Notes: a model not told the origin generated them from the sequence alone. Shown: positions 1 to 16,169, counted from the stretch's first letter. The stretch: 64,000 nt of DNA from Eledone cirrhosa (GCA_964016885.1 OZ024747.1:75950001-76014000); one strand, 5' to 3'. Translations and numbers: made by a program.

Positions 1-3000
1 TATGGTGATAACTACGATTATTAACAGTAGTATAACTATGGTGATAACTACGATTACTTACAGTAGTATAACTATGGTGATAACTACGACGACTAACAAT
101 AGTATACCTATGGTGATAACTACGACTACTAACAATAGTATACCTATGGTTATAACTACGATTACTAACAGTAGTATAACTATGGTGATAACTACGATTA
201 TTAACAGTAGTATAACTATGGTGATAACTACGATTACTAACAGTAGTTTAACTATGGTGATAACTACCACTACTAACAGTAGTGTAACTATGGTGATAAC
301 TACGATTACTTACAGTAGTATAACTATGGGGATAACAATGACTACTAACAGTTGTATAACTATGGTGATAACTACGACGACTAACAATAGTATAACTATG
401 GTGATAACTACGACTACTAACAGTAGTTTAACTATGGTGATAACTACGATTACTAACAGTAGTTTAACTATGCTGATAACTACGACTACTAACAGTAGTA
501 TAACTATGGTAATAAATACGATTACTAACAGTAGTTTAACTATTGTGATAACTACGACTACTAACAGTAGTTTAACTATGGTGATAACTACGACTACTAA
601 CAGTAGTATAACTATGGTGATAACTACGACTACTAACAGTAGTTTAACTATGGTGATAACTACGACTACTAACAGTAGTTTAACTATGATGATAACTACT
701 ACTACTAACAATAGTATAACTATGGTGATAACTACGACTACTAACAGTAGTATAACTATGGTGATAACTATCACTACTAACAGTAGTTTAACTATGGTGA
801 TAACTACGACTACTAACAGTAGTATAACTATGGTGATAACTACGACGACTAACAGTAGTATAACTATGGTGATAACTACGACTACTAACAGCAGTTTAAC
901 TATGGTGATAACTACGACTACTAACAGTAGTATAACTATGGTGATAACTACGATTACTAACAGTAGTTTAACTATTGTGATAACTACGACTACTAACAGT
1001 AGTTTAACTATGGTGATACCTACGACTACTAACAGTAGTATAACTATGGTGATAACTACGACTACTAACAGTAGTATAACTATGGTGATAACTACGACGA
1101 CTAACAATAGTATAACTATGGTGATAACTACGACTACTAACAGTAGTATAACTATGGTGATAACTACGACGACTAACATTAGTATAACTATGGTGATAAC
1201 TACGACGACTAACAATAGTATAACTATGGTGATAACTACGATTATTAACAGTAGTATAACTATGGTGATAACTACGATTACTAACAGTAGTTTAACTATG
1301 GTTATAACTACGACTACTAACACTAGTTTACCTATGGTGATAACTACGACTACTAACAGTAGTTTAACTATGGGTATAACTACGACTACTAACAGTAGTA
1401 TAAATATGGTGATAACTACGACTACTAACAGTAGTTTAACTATGGTGATAACTACGACTACTAACAGTAGTATAACTATGGTGATAACTACGACTACTAA
1501 CAGTAGTATAACTATGGTGATAACTACGACTACTAACAATAGTATAACTATGGTGATAACTACGATTACTAACAGTAGTATAACTATGGTGATAACTACG
1601 ACTACTAACAGTAGTATAACTATGGTGATAACTACGACTACTAACAGTAGTTTAACTATGCTGATAACTACGACTACTAACAGTAGTATAACTATGGTAA
1701 TAACTACGATTACTAACAGTAGTTTAACTATTGTGATAACTACGACTACTAACAGTAGTTTAACTATGGTGATAACTACGACTACTAACAGTAGTATAAC
1801 TATGGTGATAACTACGACTACTAACAGTAGTTTAACTATGATGATAACTACTACTACTAACAATAGTATAACTATGGTGATAACTACGACTACTAACAGT
1901 AGTATAACTATGGTGATAACTATGACTACTAACAGTAGTTTAACTATGGTGATAACTACGACTACTAACAGTAGTTTAACTATGGGGATAACTACGACTA
2001 CTAACAGTAGTATAACTATGGTGATAACTACGACTACTAACAATAGTATAAATATGGTGATAACTACGACTACTAACAGTAGTTTAACTATGGTGATAAC
2101 TACGATTACTTACAGTAGTATAACTATGGGGATAACAATGACTACTAACAGTTGTATAACTATGGTGATAACTACGATTACTAACAGTAGTATAACTATG
2201 GTGATAACTACGATTATTAACAGTAGTATAACTATGGTGATAACTACGATTACTTACAGTAGTATAACTATGGTGATAACAATGACTACTAACAGTAGTA
2301 TAACTATGGTGATAACTACGACCACTAACAGTAGTATAACTATGGTGATAACTACGATTATTAACAGTAGTATAACTATGGTGATAACTACGATTACTTA
2401 CAGTAGTATAACTATGGTGATAACTACGACGACTAACAATAGTATACCTATGGTGATAACTACGACTACTAACAATAGTATACCTATGGTTATAACTACG
2501 ATTACTAACAGTAGTATAACTATGGTGATAACTACGATTATTAACAGTAGTATAACTATGGTGATAACTACGATTACTAACAGTAGTTTAACTATGGTGA
2601 TAACTACCACTACTAACAGTAGTATAACTATGGTGATAACTACGATTACTTACAGTAGTATAACTATGGGGATAACAATGACTACTAACAGTTGTATAAC
2701 TATGGTGATAACTACGACGACTAACAATAGTATAACTATGGTGATAACTACGACTACTAACAGTAGTTTAACTATGGTGATAACTACGATTACTAACAGT
2801 AGTTTAACTATGCTGATAACTACGACTACTAACAGTAGTATAACTATGGTAATAACTACGATTACTAACAGTAGTTTAACTATTGTGATAACTACGACTA
2901 CTAACAGTAGTTTAACTATGGTGATAACTACGACTACTAACAGTAGTATAACTATGGTGATAACTACGACTACTAACAGTAGTTTAACTATGATGATAAC

Positions 3001-6000
3001 TACTACTACTAACAATAGTATAACTATGGTGATAACTACGACTACTATCAGTAGTATAACTATGGTGATAACTATGACTACTAACAGTAGTTTAACTATG
3101 GTGATAACTACGACTACTAACAGTAGTATAACTATGGTGATAACTACGACGACTAACAGTAGTATAACTATGGTGATAACTACGACTACTAACAGCAGTT
3201 TAACTATGGTGATAACTACGACTACTAACAGTAGTTTAACTATGGGGATAACTACGACTACTAACAGTAGTATAACTATGGTGATAACTACGACTACTAA
3301 CAATAGTATAAATATGGTGATAACTACGACTACTAACAGTAGTTTAACTATGGTGATAACTACGATTACTTACAGTAGTATAACTATGGGGATAACAATG
3401 ACTACTAACAGTTGTATAACTATGGTGATAACTACGATTACTAACAGTAGTATAACTATGGTGATAACTACGATTATTAACAGTAGTATAACTATGGTGA
3501 TAACTACGATTACTTACAGTAGTATAACTATGGTGATAACAATGACTACTAACAGTAGTATAACTATGGTGATAACTACGACCACTAACAGTAGTATAAC
3601 TATGGTGATAACTACGATTATTAACAGTAGTATAACTATGGTGATAACTACGATTACTTACAGTAGTATAACTATGGTGATAACTACGACGACTAACAAT
3701 AGTATACCTATGGTGATAACTACGACTACTAACAATAGTATACCTATGGTTATAACTACGATTACTAACAGTAGTTTAACTATGCTGATAACTACGACTA
3801 CTAACAGTAGTATAACTATGGTAATAACTACGATTACTAACAGTAGTTTAACTATTGTGATAACTACGACTACTAACAGTAGTTTAACTATGGTGATAAC
3901 TACGACTACTAACAGTAGTATAACTATGGTGATAACTACGACTACTAACAGTAGTTTAACTATGGTGATAACTACGACTACTAACAGTAGTTTAACTATG
4001 ATGATAACTACTACTACTAACAATAGTATAACTATGGTGATAACTACGACTACTAACAGTAGTATAACTATGGTGATAACTATCACTACTAACAGTAGTT
4101 TAACTATGGTGATAACTACGACTACTAACAGTAGTATAACTATGGTGATAACTACGACGACTAACAGTAGTATAACTATGGTGATAACTACGACTACTAA
4201 CAGCAGTTTAACTATGGTGATAACTACGACTACTAACAGTAGTATAACTATGGTGATAACTACGATTACTAACAGTAGTTTAACTATTGTGATAACTACG
4301 ACTACTAACAGTAGTTTAACTATGGTGATACCTACGACTACTAACAGTAGTATAACTATGGTGATAACTACGACTACTAACAGTAGTATAACTATGGTGA
4401 TAACTACGACGACTAACAATAGTATAACTATGGTGATAACTACGACTACTAACAGTAGTATAACTATGGTGATAACTACGACGACTAACATTAGTATAAC
4501 TATGGTGATAACTACGACGACTAACAATAGTATAACTATGGTGATAACTACGATTATTAACAGTAGTATAACTATGGTGATAACTACGATTACTAACAGT
4601 AGTTTAACTATGGTTATAACTACGACTACTAACACTAGTTTTCCTATGGTGATAACTACGACTACTAACAGTAGTTTAACTATGGGTATAACTACGACTA
4701 CTAACAGTAGTATAAATATGGTGATAACTACGACTACTAACAGTAGTTTAACTATGGTGATAACTACGACTACTAACAGTAGTATAACTATGGTGATAAC
4801 TACGACTACTAACAGTAGTATAACTATGGTGATAACTACGACTACTAACAATAGTATAACTATGGTGATAACTACGATTACTAACAGTAGTATAACTATG
4901 GTGATAACTACGACTACTAACAGTAGTATAACTATGGTGATAACTACGACTACTAACAATAGTATAACTATGGTGATAACTACGATTACTAACAGTAGTA
5001 TAACTATGGTGATAACTACGACGACTAACAATAGTATAACTATGGTGATAACTACGATTACTAACAGTAGTATAACTATGGTGATAACTACGACGACTAA
5101 CAATAGTATACCTATGGTGATAACTACGATTATTAACAGTAGTATAACTATGGTGATAACTACGACGACTAACAATAGTATACCTATGGTGATAACTACG
5201 ACGACTAACAATAGTATACCTATGGTGATAACTACGACGACTAACAATAGTATAACTATGGTGATAACTACGACTACTAACAATAGTATAACTATGGTGA
5301 TAACTACGATTACTAACAGTCGTTTAACTATGGTGATAACTACGACTACTAGCAGTAGTATAACTATGGTGATAACTACGACGACTAACAGTAGTTTAAC
5401 TATGGTGATAACTACGACTACTAACAGTAGTTTAACTATGGTGATAACTACGATTACTAATGGTAGTATAACTATGGTGATAACAACGACTACTAACAGT
5501 AGTATAACTATGGTGATAACTACGACTACTAAATGTAGTATAACTATGGTGATAACTACGACTACTAACAGTAGTTTAACTATGGTGATAACTACGACTA
5601 CTAACAGTAGTATAACTATGGTGATAACTACGACTACTAACAGTAGTATAAGTATGGTGATAACTACGATTACTAACAGTCGTTTAACTATGGTGATAAC
5701 TACGACGACTAACAGTAGTTTAACTATGGTGATAACTACGACTGCTAACAGTAGTTTAACTATGGTGATAACTACGACTACTAACAGTAGTTTAACTATG
5801 GTGATAACTACGATTACTAACAGTAGTTTAACTATGGTGATAACTACGACTACTAACAGTAGTATAACTATGGTAATAACTACGATTACTAACAGTAGTA
5901 TAACTATGGTGATAACTACGATTATTAACAGTAGTATAACTATGGTGATATCTACGATTATTAACAGTAGTTTAACTATGGTGATAACTACGATTACTAA

Positions 6001-9000
6001 CAGTAGTTTAACTATGGTGATAACTACGACTACTAACAATAGTATAACTATGGTGATAACTACGATTATTAACAGTAGTATAACTATGGTGATAACTACG
6101 ACTACTAACAGTAGTATAACTATGGTAATAACTACGACGACTAACAATAGTATAACTATGGTGATAACTACGATTACTAACAGTAGTATAACTATGGTGA
6201 TAACTACGATTATTAACAGTAGTATAACTATGGTGATAACTACAATTACTAACAGTAGTATAACTATGGGGATAACAATGACTACTAACAGTTGTATAAC
6301 TATGGTGATAACTACGATTACTAACAGTAGTATAACTATGGTGATAACTACGATTACTAACAGTAGTTTAACTATGGTGATAACTACGACTACTAACAGT
6401 AGTATAACTATGGTAATAACTACGATTACTAACAGTAGTATAACTATGGTGATAACTACGATTACTAACAGCAGTTTAACTATGGTGATAACTACGATTA
6501 CTAACAGTAGTTTAACTATGGTGATAACTACGATTACTAACAGTAGTATAACTATGGTGATAACTACGATTATTAACAGTAGTATAACTATGGTGATAAC
6601 TACGATTACTAACAGTAGTTTAACTATGGTTATAACTACGACTACTAACAGTAGTATAACTATGGTGATAACTACGATTACTAACAGTAGTTTAACTATG
6701 GTGATAACTACGACTACTAACAGTAGTATAACTATGGTGATAACTACGATTACTAACAGTAGTTTAACTATGGTGATAACTACGACTACTAACAGTAGTT
6801 TAACTATGGGGATAACTACGACTACTAACAGTAGTATAACTATGGTGATAACTACGACTACTAACAATAGTATAAATATGGTGATAACTATGACTACTAA
6901 CAGTAGTTTAACTATGGTGATAACTACGATTACTTACAGTAGTATAACTATGGGGATAACAATGACTACTAACAGTTGTATAACTATGGTGATAACTACG
7001 ATTACTAACAGTAGTATAACTATGGTGATAACTACGATTATTAACAGTAGTATAACTATGGTGATAACTACGATTACTTACAGTAGTATAACTATGGTGA
7101 TAACAATGACTACTAACAGTAGTATAACTATGGTGATAACTACGACCACTAACAGTAGTATAACTATGGTGATAACTACGATTATTAACAGTAGTATAAC
7201 TATGGTGATAACTACGATTACTTACAGTAGTATAACTATGGTGATAACTACGACGACTAACAATAGTATACCTATGGTGATAACTACGACTACTAACAAT
7301 AGTATACCTATGGTTATAACTACGATTACTAACAGTAGTATAACTATGGTGATAACTACGATTATTAACAGTAGTATAACTATGGTGATAACTACGATTA
7401 CTAACAGTAGTTTAACTATGGTGATAACTACCACTACTAACAGTAGTATAACTATGGTGATAACTACGATTACTTACAGTAGTATAACTATGGGGATAAC
7501 AATGACTACTAACAGTTGTATAACTATGGTGATAACTACGACGACTAACAATAGTATAACTATGCTGATAACTACGACTACTAACAGTAGTTTAACTATG
7601 GTGATAACTACGATTACTAACAGTAGTTTAACTATGCTGATAACTACGACTACTAACAGTAGTATAACTATGGTAATAACTACGATTACTAACAGTAGTT
7701 TAACTATTGTGATAACTACGACTACTAACAGTAGTTTAACTATGGTGATAACTACGACTACTAACAGTAGTATAACTATGGTGATAACTACGACTACTAA
7801 CAGTAGTTTAACTATGGTGATAACTACGACTACTAACAGTAGTTTAACTATGATGATAACTACTACTACTAACAATAGTATAACTATGGTGATAACTACG
7901 ACTACTAACAGTAGTATAACTATGGTGATAACTATGACTACTAACAGTAGTTTAACTATGGTGATAACTACGACTACTAACAGTAGTATAACTATGGTGA
8001 TAACTACGACGACTAACAGTAGTATAACTATGGTGATAACTACGACTACTAACAGCAGTTTAACTATGGTGATAACTACGACTACTAACAGTAGTATAAC
8101 TATGGTGATAACTACGATTACTAACAGTAGTTTAACTATTGTGATAACTACGACTACTAACAGTAGTTTAACTATGGTGATACCTACGACTACTAACAGT
8201 AGTATAACTATGGTGATAACTACGACTACTAACAGTAGTATAACTATGGTGATAACTACGACGACTAACAATAGTATAACTATGGTGATAACTACGACTA
8301 CTAACAGTAGTATAACTATGGTGATAACTACGACGACTAACATTAGTATAACTATGGTGATAACTACGATTACTAACAGTAGTATAACTATGGTGATAAC
8401 TACGATTATTAACAGTAGTATAACTATGGTGATAACTACGATTATTAACAGTAGTTCAACTATGGTGATAACTACGATTACTAACAGTAGTTTAACTATG
8501 GTGATAACTACGACTACTAACAATAGTATAACTATGGTGATAACTACAATTATTAACAGTAGTATAACTATGGTGATAACTACGACTACTAACAGTAGTA
8601 TAACTATGGTAATAACTACGACGACTAACAATAGTATAACTATGGTGATAACTACGATTACTAACAGTAGTATAACTATGGTGATAACTACGATTATTAA
8701 CAGTAGTATAACTATGGTGATAACTACGATTACTAACAGCAGTTTAACTATGGTGATAACTACGATTACTAACAGTAGTTTAACTATGGTGATAACTACG
8801 ATTACTAACAGTAGTATAACTATGGTGATAACTACGATTATTAACAGTAGTATAACTATGGTGATAACTACGATTACTAACAGTAGTTTAACTATGGTTA
8901 TAACTACGACTACTAACAGTAGTATAACTATGGTGATAACTACGATTACTAACAGTAGTTTAACTATGGTGATAACTACGACTACTAACAGTAGTATAAC

Positions 9001-12000
9001 TATGGTGATAACTACGATTACTAACAGTAGTTTAACTATGGTGATAACTACGACTACTAACAGTAGTTTAACTATGGGGATAACTACGACTACTAACAGT
9101 AGTATAACTATGGTGATAACTACGACTACTAACAGTAGTATAAATATGGTGATAACTAAGACTACTAACAGTAGTATAACTATGGTGGTAACTACGACTA
9201 CTAACAGTAGTATAACTATGGTGATAACTACGATTACTTACAGTAGTATAACTATGGGGATAACAATGACTACTAACAGTTGTATAACTATGGTGATAAC
9301 TACGATTACTAACAGTAGTATAACTATGGTGATAACTACGACCACTAACAGTAGTATAACTATGGTGATAACTACGATTATTAACAGTAGTATCACTGTG
9401 GTGATAACTACGATTTCTTACAGTAGTATAACTATGGTGATAACTACGACGACTAACAATAGTATACCTATGGTTATAACTACGACGACTAACAATAGTA
9501 TACCTATGGTGATAACTACGACTACTAACAATAGTATAACTATGGTGATAACTACGACGACTAACAATAGTATAACTATGCTGATAACTACGACTACTAA
9601 CAGTAGTTTAACTATAGTGATAACTACGATTACTAACAGTAGTTTAACTATGGTGATAACTACGACTACTAACAGTAGTATAACTATGGTGATAACTACG
9701 ATTACTAACAGTAGTTTAACTATTGTGATAACTACGACTACTAACAGTAGTTTAACTATGGTGATAACTACGACTACTAACAGTAGTATAACTATGGTGA
9801 TAACTACGACTACTAACAGTAGTTTAACTATGGTGATAACTACGACTACTAACAGTAGTTTAACTATGATGATAACTACGACTACTAACAATAGTATAAC
9901 TATGGTGATAACTACGACTACTAACAGTAGTATAACTATGGTGATAACTATGACTACTAACAGTAGTTTAACTATGGTGATAACTACGACTACTAACAGT
10001 AGTATAACTATGGTGATAACTACGACGACTAACAGTAGTATAACTATGGTGATAACTACGACTACTAACAGCAGTTTAACTATGGTGATAACTACGACTA
10101 CTAACAGTAGTTTAACTATGGTGATACCTACGACTACTAACAGTAGTATAACTATGGTGATAACTACGACTACTAACAGTAGTATAACTATGGTGATAAC
10201 TACGACGACTAACAATAGTATAACTATGGTGATAACTACGACTACTAACAGTAGTATAACTATGGTGATAACTACGACGACTAACATTAGTATAACTATG
10301 GTGATAACTACGATTACTAACAGTAGTATAACTATGGTGATAACTACGATTATTAACAGTAGTATAACTATGGTGATAACTACGATTATTAACAGTAGTT
10401 CAACTATGGTGATAACTACGATTACTAACAGTAGTTTAACTATGGTGATAACTACGACTACTAACAATAGTATAACTATGGTGATAACTACAATTATTAA
10501 CAGTAGTATAACTATGGTGATAACTACGACTACTAACAGTAGTATAACTATGGTAATAACTACGACGACTAACAATAGTATAACTATGGTGATAACTACG
10601 ATTACTAACAGTAGTATAACTATGGTGATAACTACGATTATTAACAGTAGTATAACTATGGTGATAACTACGATTACTAACAGCAGTTTAACTATGGTGA
10701 TAACTACGATTACTAACAGTAGTTTAACTATGGTGATAACTACGATTACTAACAGTAGTATAACTATGGTGATAACTACGATTATTAACAGTAGTATAAC
10801 TATGGTGATAACTACGATTACTAACAGTAGTTTAACTATGGTTATAACTACGACTACTAACAGTAGTATAACTATGGTGATAACTACGATTACTAACAGT
10901 AGTTTAACTATGGTGATAACTACGACTACTAACAGTAGTATAACTATGGTGATAACTACGATTACTAACAGTAGTTTAACTATGGTGATAACTACGACTA
11001 CTAACAGTAGTTTAACTATGGGGATAACTACGACTACTAACAGTAGTATAACTATGGTGATAACTACGACTACTAACAGTAGTATAAATATGGTGATAAC
11101 TAAGACTACTAACAGTAGTATAACTATGGTGGTAACTACGACTACTAACAGTAGTATAACTATGGTGATAACTACGATTACTTACAGTAGTATAACTATG
11201 GGGATAACAATGACTACTAACAGTTGTATAACTATGGTGATAACTACGATTACTAACAGTAGTATAACTATGGTGATAACTACGACCACTAACAGTAGTA
11301 TAACTATGGTGATAACTACGATTATTAACAGTAGTATCACTGTGGTGATAACTACGATTTCTTACAGTAGTATAACTATGGTGATAACTACGACGACTAA
11401 CAATAGTATACCTATGGTTATAACTACGACGACTAACAATAGTATACCTATGGTGATAACTACGACTACTAACAATAGTATAACTATGGTGATAACTACG
11501 ACGACTAACAATAGTATAACTATGCTGATAACTACGACTACTAACAGTAGTTTAACTATAGTGATAACTACGATTACTAACAGTAGTTTAACTATGGTGA
11601 TAACTACGACTACTAACAGTAGTATAACTATGGTGATAACTACGATTACTAACAGTAGTTTAACTATTGTGATAACTACGACTACTAACAGTAGTTTAAC
11701 TATGGTGATAACTACGACTACTAACAGTAGTATAACTATGGTGATAACTACGACTACTAACAGTAGTTTAACTATGGTGATAACTACGACTACTAACAGT
11801 AGTTTAACTATGATGATAACTACGACTACTAACAATAGTATAACTATGGTGATAACTACGACTACTAACAGTAGTATAACTATGGTGATAACTATGACTA
11901 CTAACAGTAGTTTAACTATGGTGATAACTACGACTACTAACAGTAGTATAACTATGGTGATAACTACGACGACTAACAGTAGTATAACTATGGTGATAAC

Positions 12001-14580
12001 TACGACTACTAACAGCAGTTTAACTATGGTGATAACTACGACTACTAACAGTAGTATAACTATGGTGATAACTACGATTACTAACAGTAGTTTAACTATT
12101 GTGATAACTACGACTACTAACAGTAGTTTAACTATGGTGATACCTACGACTACTAACAGTAGTATAACTATGGTGATAACTACGACTACTAACAGTAGTA
12201 TAACTATGGTGATAACTACGACGACTAACAATAGTATAACTATGGTGATAACTACGACTACTAACACTAGTATAACTATGGTGATAACTACGACGACTAA
12301 CAATAGTATAACTATGGTGATAACTACGACGACTAACAATAGTATAACTATGGTGATAACTACGATTATTAACAGTAGTATAACTATGGTGATAACTACG
12401 ATTACTAACAGTAGTTTAACTATGGTTATAACTACGACTACTAACACTAGTTTACCTATGGTGATAACTACGACTACTAACAGTAGTTTAACTATGGGTA
12501 TAACTACGACTACTAACAGTAGTATAACTATGGTGGTAACTACGACTACTAACAGTAGTATAACTATGGTGATAACTACGATTACTTACAGTAGTATAAC
12601 TATGGGGATAACAATGACTACTAACAGTTGTATAACTATGGTGATAACTACGATTACTAACAGTAGTATAACTATGGTGATAACTACGACCACTAACAGT
12701 AGTATAACTATGGTGATAACTACGATTATTAACAGTAGTATCACTATGGTGATAACTACGATTACTTACAGTAGTATAACTATGGTGATAACTACGACGA
12801 CTAACAATAGTATACCTATGGTTATAACTACGACGACTAACAATAGTATACCTATGGTGATAACTACGACTACTAACAATAGTATAACTATGGTGATAAC
12901 TACGACGACTAACAATAGTATAACTATGGTGATAACTACGACTACTAACAGTAGTTTAACTATAGTGATAACTACGATTACTAACAGTAGTTTAACTATG
13001 GTGATAACTACGACTACTAACAGTAGTATAACTATGGTGATAACTACGATTACTAACAGTAGTTTAACTATTGTGATAACTACGACTACTAACAGTAGTT
13101 TAACTATGGTGATAACTACGACTACTAACATTAGTATAACTATGGTGATAACTACGACTACTAACAGTAGTTTAACTATGGTGATAACTACGACTACTAA
13201 CAGTAGTTTAACTATGATGATAACTACGACTACTAACAATAGTATAACTATGGTGATAACTACGACTACTAACAGTAGTATAACTATGGTGATAACTATG
13301 ACTTATACAGTAGTTTAACTATGGTGATAACTACGACTACTAACAGTAGTATAACTATGGTGATAACTACGACGACTAACAGTAGTATAACTATGGTGAT
13401 AACTACGACTACTAACAGCAGTTTAACTATGGTGATAACTACGACTACTAACAGTAGTATAACTATGGTGATAACTACGATTACTAACAGTAGTTTAACT
13501 ATTGTGATAACTACGACTACTAACAGTAGTTTAACTATGGTGATACCTACGACTACTAACAGTAGTATAACTATGGTGATAACTACGACTACTAACAGTA
13601 GTATAACTATGGTGATAACTACGACGACTAACAATAGTATAACTATGGTGATAACTACGACTACTAACACTAGTATAACTATGGTGATAACTACGACGAC
13701 TAACAATAGTATAACTATGGTGATAACTACGACGACTAACAATAGTATAAGTATGGTGATAACTACGATTATTAACAGTAGTATAACTATGGTGATAACT
13801 ACGATTACTAACAGTAGTTTAACTATGGTTATAACTACGACTACTAACACTAGTTTACCTATGGTGATAACTACGACTACTAACAGTAGTTTAACTATGG
13901 GTATAACTACGACTACTAACAGTAGTATAAATATGGTGATAACTACGACTACTACCAGTAGTATAACTATGGTGATAACTACGATTACTAACAGTAGTTT
14001 AACTATGGTGATAACTACGACTACTAACAGTAGTTTAACTATGGTGATAACTACGACTACTAACAGTAGTTTAACTATGGGTATAACTACGACTACTAAC
14101 AGTAGTATAACTATGGTGATAACTACGACTACTAACAGTAGTATAAATATGGTGATAACTACGACTACTAACAGTAGTATAAATATGGTGATAACTACGA
14201 CTACTAACAGTAGTATAAATATGGTGATAACTACGACTACTAACAGTAGTTTAACTATGGTGATAACTACGACTACTAACAGTAGTATAAATATGGTGAC
14301 AACTACGACTACTAACAGTAGTATAAATATGGTGATAACTACGACTACTAACAGTAGTTTAACTATGGTGATAACTACGACTACTAACAGTAGTATAAAT
14401 ATGGTGATAACTACGACTACTAACAGTAGTATAACTATGGTGATAACTACGACTACTAACAGTAGTATAAATATGGTGATAACTACGACTACTAACAGTA
14501 GTATAAATATGGTGATAACTACGACTACTAACAGTAGTTTAACTATGATTAAATCTGCGACTGTTAGTCGTAGTAAAACT
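1..14580. repeat. 36-bp tandem array (about 405 units; consensus ATGGTGATAACTACGACTACTAACAGTAGT[A/T]TAACT), continuing off the left edge
   Basis: The unit is read directly throughout. One 1-bp deletion lies near 13300 (GACTTATACAG versus GACTACTAACAG). The last unit (14545-14580) is degenerate, matching the consensus at 25/36 positions. Confidence 0.98.
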
Positions 14581-14601
14581 GAAACAAAAGATATATTCTA
14601 A
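2..14601 (+). CDS. Possible mucin-like Thr/Ser-rich repeat exon, (MVITTTTNSSIT)n; may be non-coding satellite
   Basis: ORFs 2..13318 and 13321..14601 are separated by a single 1-bp deletion and end in a short unique tail (ETKDIF*). No start, signal peptide or splice site is visible. Few unit codons are one substitution from a stop, so openness alone is weak evidence. Confidence 0.25.
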
Positions 14602-15155
14602 CTTCCATTTTAGTTAGAATCAAATTAAAGAAAATAGAACAGTTCTTACTGAATCAATTTTACATTGAAAAAGATTTTGCTCAATTAAAATTGCTTCTTC
14701 ATTATACATTGTAATGCTACTAGACATGTAGAGATCTTACCTGAGAGAGCATCTCAACAGGTGTGCTATAATTTTTTACTGAGTGTCACAGTCGCATTGA
14801 TATACAATTGATTTACAAAACGTCTCATATTATAGAAAATACATGAATTCACGAGACACGGTGCCTTAATGACAAACACAATATTCCAGAGTATTTCCGA
14901 AATAAAATTATATACTCTGCATATCTGATGCAGGGTATATAAGGAAATGTATTAGCAGGAATGCGGAACGCCTAGTGGAGTCGAAGGGGAGCCGTCGTCG
15001 TAGATTATAGTATGACCTAGGAAATTAGAATCTGAACTCACCCAACATCTTTAAGTGAGGGTGGGTGAAGGAGTGTATACACACATTCACACACAAACAC
15101 ACAAAAACCTGTATATATAATGTATATATTTGGATATATATATTATATAAATATG

Positions 15156-15207
<52 letters not shown>

Positions 15208-15267
15208 GAAAATAGAGAACTTAATGTGAGCAAGATGCCAAAAGTAATTCATTATATATATATATAT

Positions 15268-15550
<283 letters not shown>

Positions 15551-15716
15551 GATAACAAAATATCGTTATAGGTAATCCAGTTAAAGGTTGTGAATACTTC
15601 CTATTATGGATATTTTTAGCGTACGGCGTTGTTTGACTCAACAAGGGGTTTACGTAGATGGCGAGTTTATGATTTCACTTGTATTCCTACGTAAGTTTAT
15701 CTTGGAGTAATAATAT

Positions 15717-16153
15717 GAAAATGTGAAGAATAACATGGTCAACAGTACAAAAAAGGGGATTTATTTGCAGTCTAACAATTGTTTCACTGATTAAGTTGTC
15801 TAAAACGTGCTGAACACTTGAAGCAGTGCAACTCAATTTTAAATACGTTGTTCGCTTAATCAAAGATAGAAAGAGAAAAAAGAAAGAGAGATAGATTTTC
15901 TTTCTTCTCTCTATCTCTTTCTTTTTTCTCTTTCTATCTTTATTATTAATATTATTAATGATGCTGTAATTTGAATTCTGAACATATAACAGTTATCTCC
16001 GATGATCTGGTGAAGCTAACAACGTATTTAAAATTGAATGGCACTGCTTCAAGTGTTCAGCAATTTTTAGACAACTTAATCAGTGAAACAATTGTCAGAC
16101 TGTAAATAAAACCCTTTTTTGTAATGTTGACCATGTTATTCTTCACTTTTTCA
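15717..16153 (+). mobile_element. Inverted-repeat element with about 140-bp arms and a degenerate hammerhead (probable Penelope-like terminus)
   Basis: Arms at 15717-15857 and 16013-16153, with an inner GA/TC hairpin at 15862-15941. CCGATGA at 15999 and GAAACAATTGTC at 16085-16096. Confidence 0.6.
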
Positions 16154-16169
16154 ATATCTCTCTCTCTAT

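Noticed and set aside
1-13300. Alternative + frame YGDNYDY*Q*YN rescued by A-to-I editing or readthrough
   Set aside because: It would need two stops recoded in every unit, and nothing supports this.
58-13850. Long hydrophobic antisense ORFs (VVVVITIVILLL)n
   Set aside because: They are the shadow of the repeat, are broken by recurrent TAA variants and have an implausible composition.
14560-14574. Inverted copy of the repeat at the array end
   Set aside because: Better explained as an in-register degenerate last unit of a partly self-complementary monomer.
1-14580. CRISPR array or telomeric repeat
   Set aside because: The units are contiguous with no unique spacers, no cas genes are present, the context is eukaryotic and the unit is not TTAGGG-like.
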